From Balanoglossus misakiensis (Eukaryota; Animalia; Hemichordata): 64,000 nt of DNA. This document shows positions 62,601 through 64,000 of the stretch, piece by piece; position 1 is the stretch's first letter, and each line of letters starts with the position of its first letter. The stretch covers positions 1,488,001-1,552,000 of the forward strand of contig CM082592.2 of NCBI GenBank assembly GCA_040954595.2. Reading direction: 5' to 3'. A program made the translations under genes and the position numbers. Under the pieces are notes generated by a model that made no database searches, was not told the origin of the DNA, and saw nothing but the letters and a program-made list of their open reading frames with translations.

Positions 62601-62835
62601 AAGACATATGGCCCAAGTTGAAGCCCAAATGACAAAAATGACCACTATGTGTGAGTCAGTCGACACGCAGATGAAACGTGTCGTCGGTAAATTAACAGAG
62701 AGGGGTCGGTATACTAGCCGATCTCCTTCTCCAAACAGCAAGGGTTGCTTCCACTGTGGCAACATGGTACATTACAAAAGAAATTGCCCTCAAATGTCTC
62801 CAGCTAAAAATGAGTCAGCAAGAAATCACGTACAA
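59652..62835 (+). mobile_element. 5' part of a second Gypsy LTR retrotransposon (LTR, PBS, gag), truncated
   Basis: 270-bp LTR TGTTGTG...CACTACA (59652-59921), PBS TGGCGCTGCGAG at 59923 (tRNA-Ser-like), long AT-rich leader, then gag. Cut by a HINE at ~62836. Confidence 0.8.
61447..62835 (+). pseudogene. Gypsy gag (capsid + CCHC), 3'-truncated and with a degraded 5' part
   Basis: YDGTSNWRTFKTKF, LEGKASDYY, ARQQSDEVIEDW, RFCQG, CFHCGNMVHYKRNC. Confidence 0.85.
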
Positions 62836-62837
62836 TT

Positions 62838-64000
62838 AAAGCTGCAAGCAGCATTGAAGGGGCCCAAGCATAGAGTTAATAACCATTAGACTCCATTCAG
62901 GGTTGTACCATTCAAATGCGTAGGCTGTATTTGCTCTCGATGTTGAGATATGGGGAAGTAGGCAACCACCTGAAATGCATGTCGTACAAGTACAAAAACA
63001 ACAACCAAAGGTGAATTTCTACATTGTAAGTTCTTCAGTAAGTACTTCAAAGGTCAGCTGAGGGTACCCAAAAATTGGGCCAAAAATTTTGATTCATATT
63101 TGGTTCATATTCAAGACAGCGGAAAATCCTCGCCCTTTGGGTTGGTCAAATTAGATATGACAATAAAATGAGTTACGCAAGTAAATTACAGGTGGCCCCA
63201 GGAATTTAGCATTTCATGACGCAGAGGTCCTACCCTACCCCTCCAAACACCTGGCTATATATGATTTGCATGCTAACATATGGAAAGCAGGTCAATGGAC
63301 ACCTGAGGTCAACCAAATATTTGACAAAAAAATTTCATTCCTGTTTATATCATGTGCAACAAATCCTACATTTGCAGCCCTTTCACTTTGCCTACCATTA
63401 GGTATGCACGGAATACATGAATCAAGCAGGTGTCACAGGTATCCCTATGTATTTGGCATTTCATGATAGTTTCATCCCTCCAAATACCAAAGCTGCACCT
63501 GTACAACGTGCTGAGATATGGCACTGTACGACAGAGGTCATCCAAATCACCTTATACATTTGGGCAAAAACCAACTGACACTTACATTCGTCCCTGTGGA
63601 ACAAAAACCACACATATCGCCCTGTTGGTTAGTGTCCAATTAAATGTACAAAATCAATGACTTCGGCAGGTGTAACGGGTGACCCCGCCTTTGGTATATC
63701 ATTATGGTCCCATCCGTATATCCCCCCCACCACGCCAAAGCTGCATGCATCTGCTGTTATTCACTAAGCACAAGTAGGTGAAATGTCACATAAGGTCGCC
63801 CACAACTTGACAGGAAAATCGGACTTCATATTGACCCATGTGCAACAAATACCATGCTAGCATCCCTTTCATTGACCCCACAATTACGCATGCACATAAT
63901 AGAGTTACGCAGGTGTCACAGGTGACCCCCGAATCGGGCGTATTATTTTGGTCCCATAGAGCTGCATGAAGCTGCGTGCCATTACGGGCGACCTGATAAC
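62838..64000 (-). mobile_element. Diverged HINE-like element (3' end), running off the window
   Basis: aaagctgcaagcagc..gggcccaagc terminus plus degenerate ~240-bp subrepeats. Confidence 0.65.

Overview
AT-rich, intron-containing animal genomic DNA (probably a marine invertebrate; this is an inference) dominated by nested mobile elements. From left to right: (1) the right part of a decayed ISL2EU-type DNA transposon (DDE transposase plus convergent SWIM/YqaJ nuclease); (2) a 49/70-bp satellite split by a full-length Gypsy LTR element with non-canonical TA...TA LTR ends and a primer-binding site complementary to its own LTR; (3) arrays of Helentron-type non-autonomous (HINE/DINE-like) elements and several MITEs; (4) a Golgi-type sulfotransferase gene; (5) a pair of inverted hammerhead-ribozyme motifs; (6) a ~8.9-kb tandem duplication of a 13-exon gene (signal peptide, two C-type lectin domains, GAIN/GPS) whose lectin exons are much more divergent than its introns; (7) a 12.5-kb CACT-ended DNA transposon with a 3-bp TSD, an apparently intact RAG1/Transib-like DDE transposase and a second convergent gene; (8) a PAT-like tyrosine-recombinase retrotransposon nested in that transposon, whose gag, pol and YR ORFs all have in-frame splice acceptors compatible with one shared leader exon; (9) a 127-bp satellite and a truncated second Gypsy element. 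All family assignments come from motifs read by eye; no database search was run.
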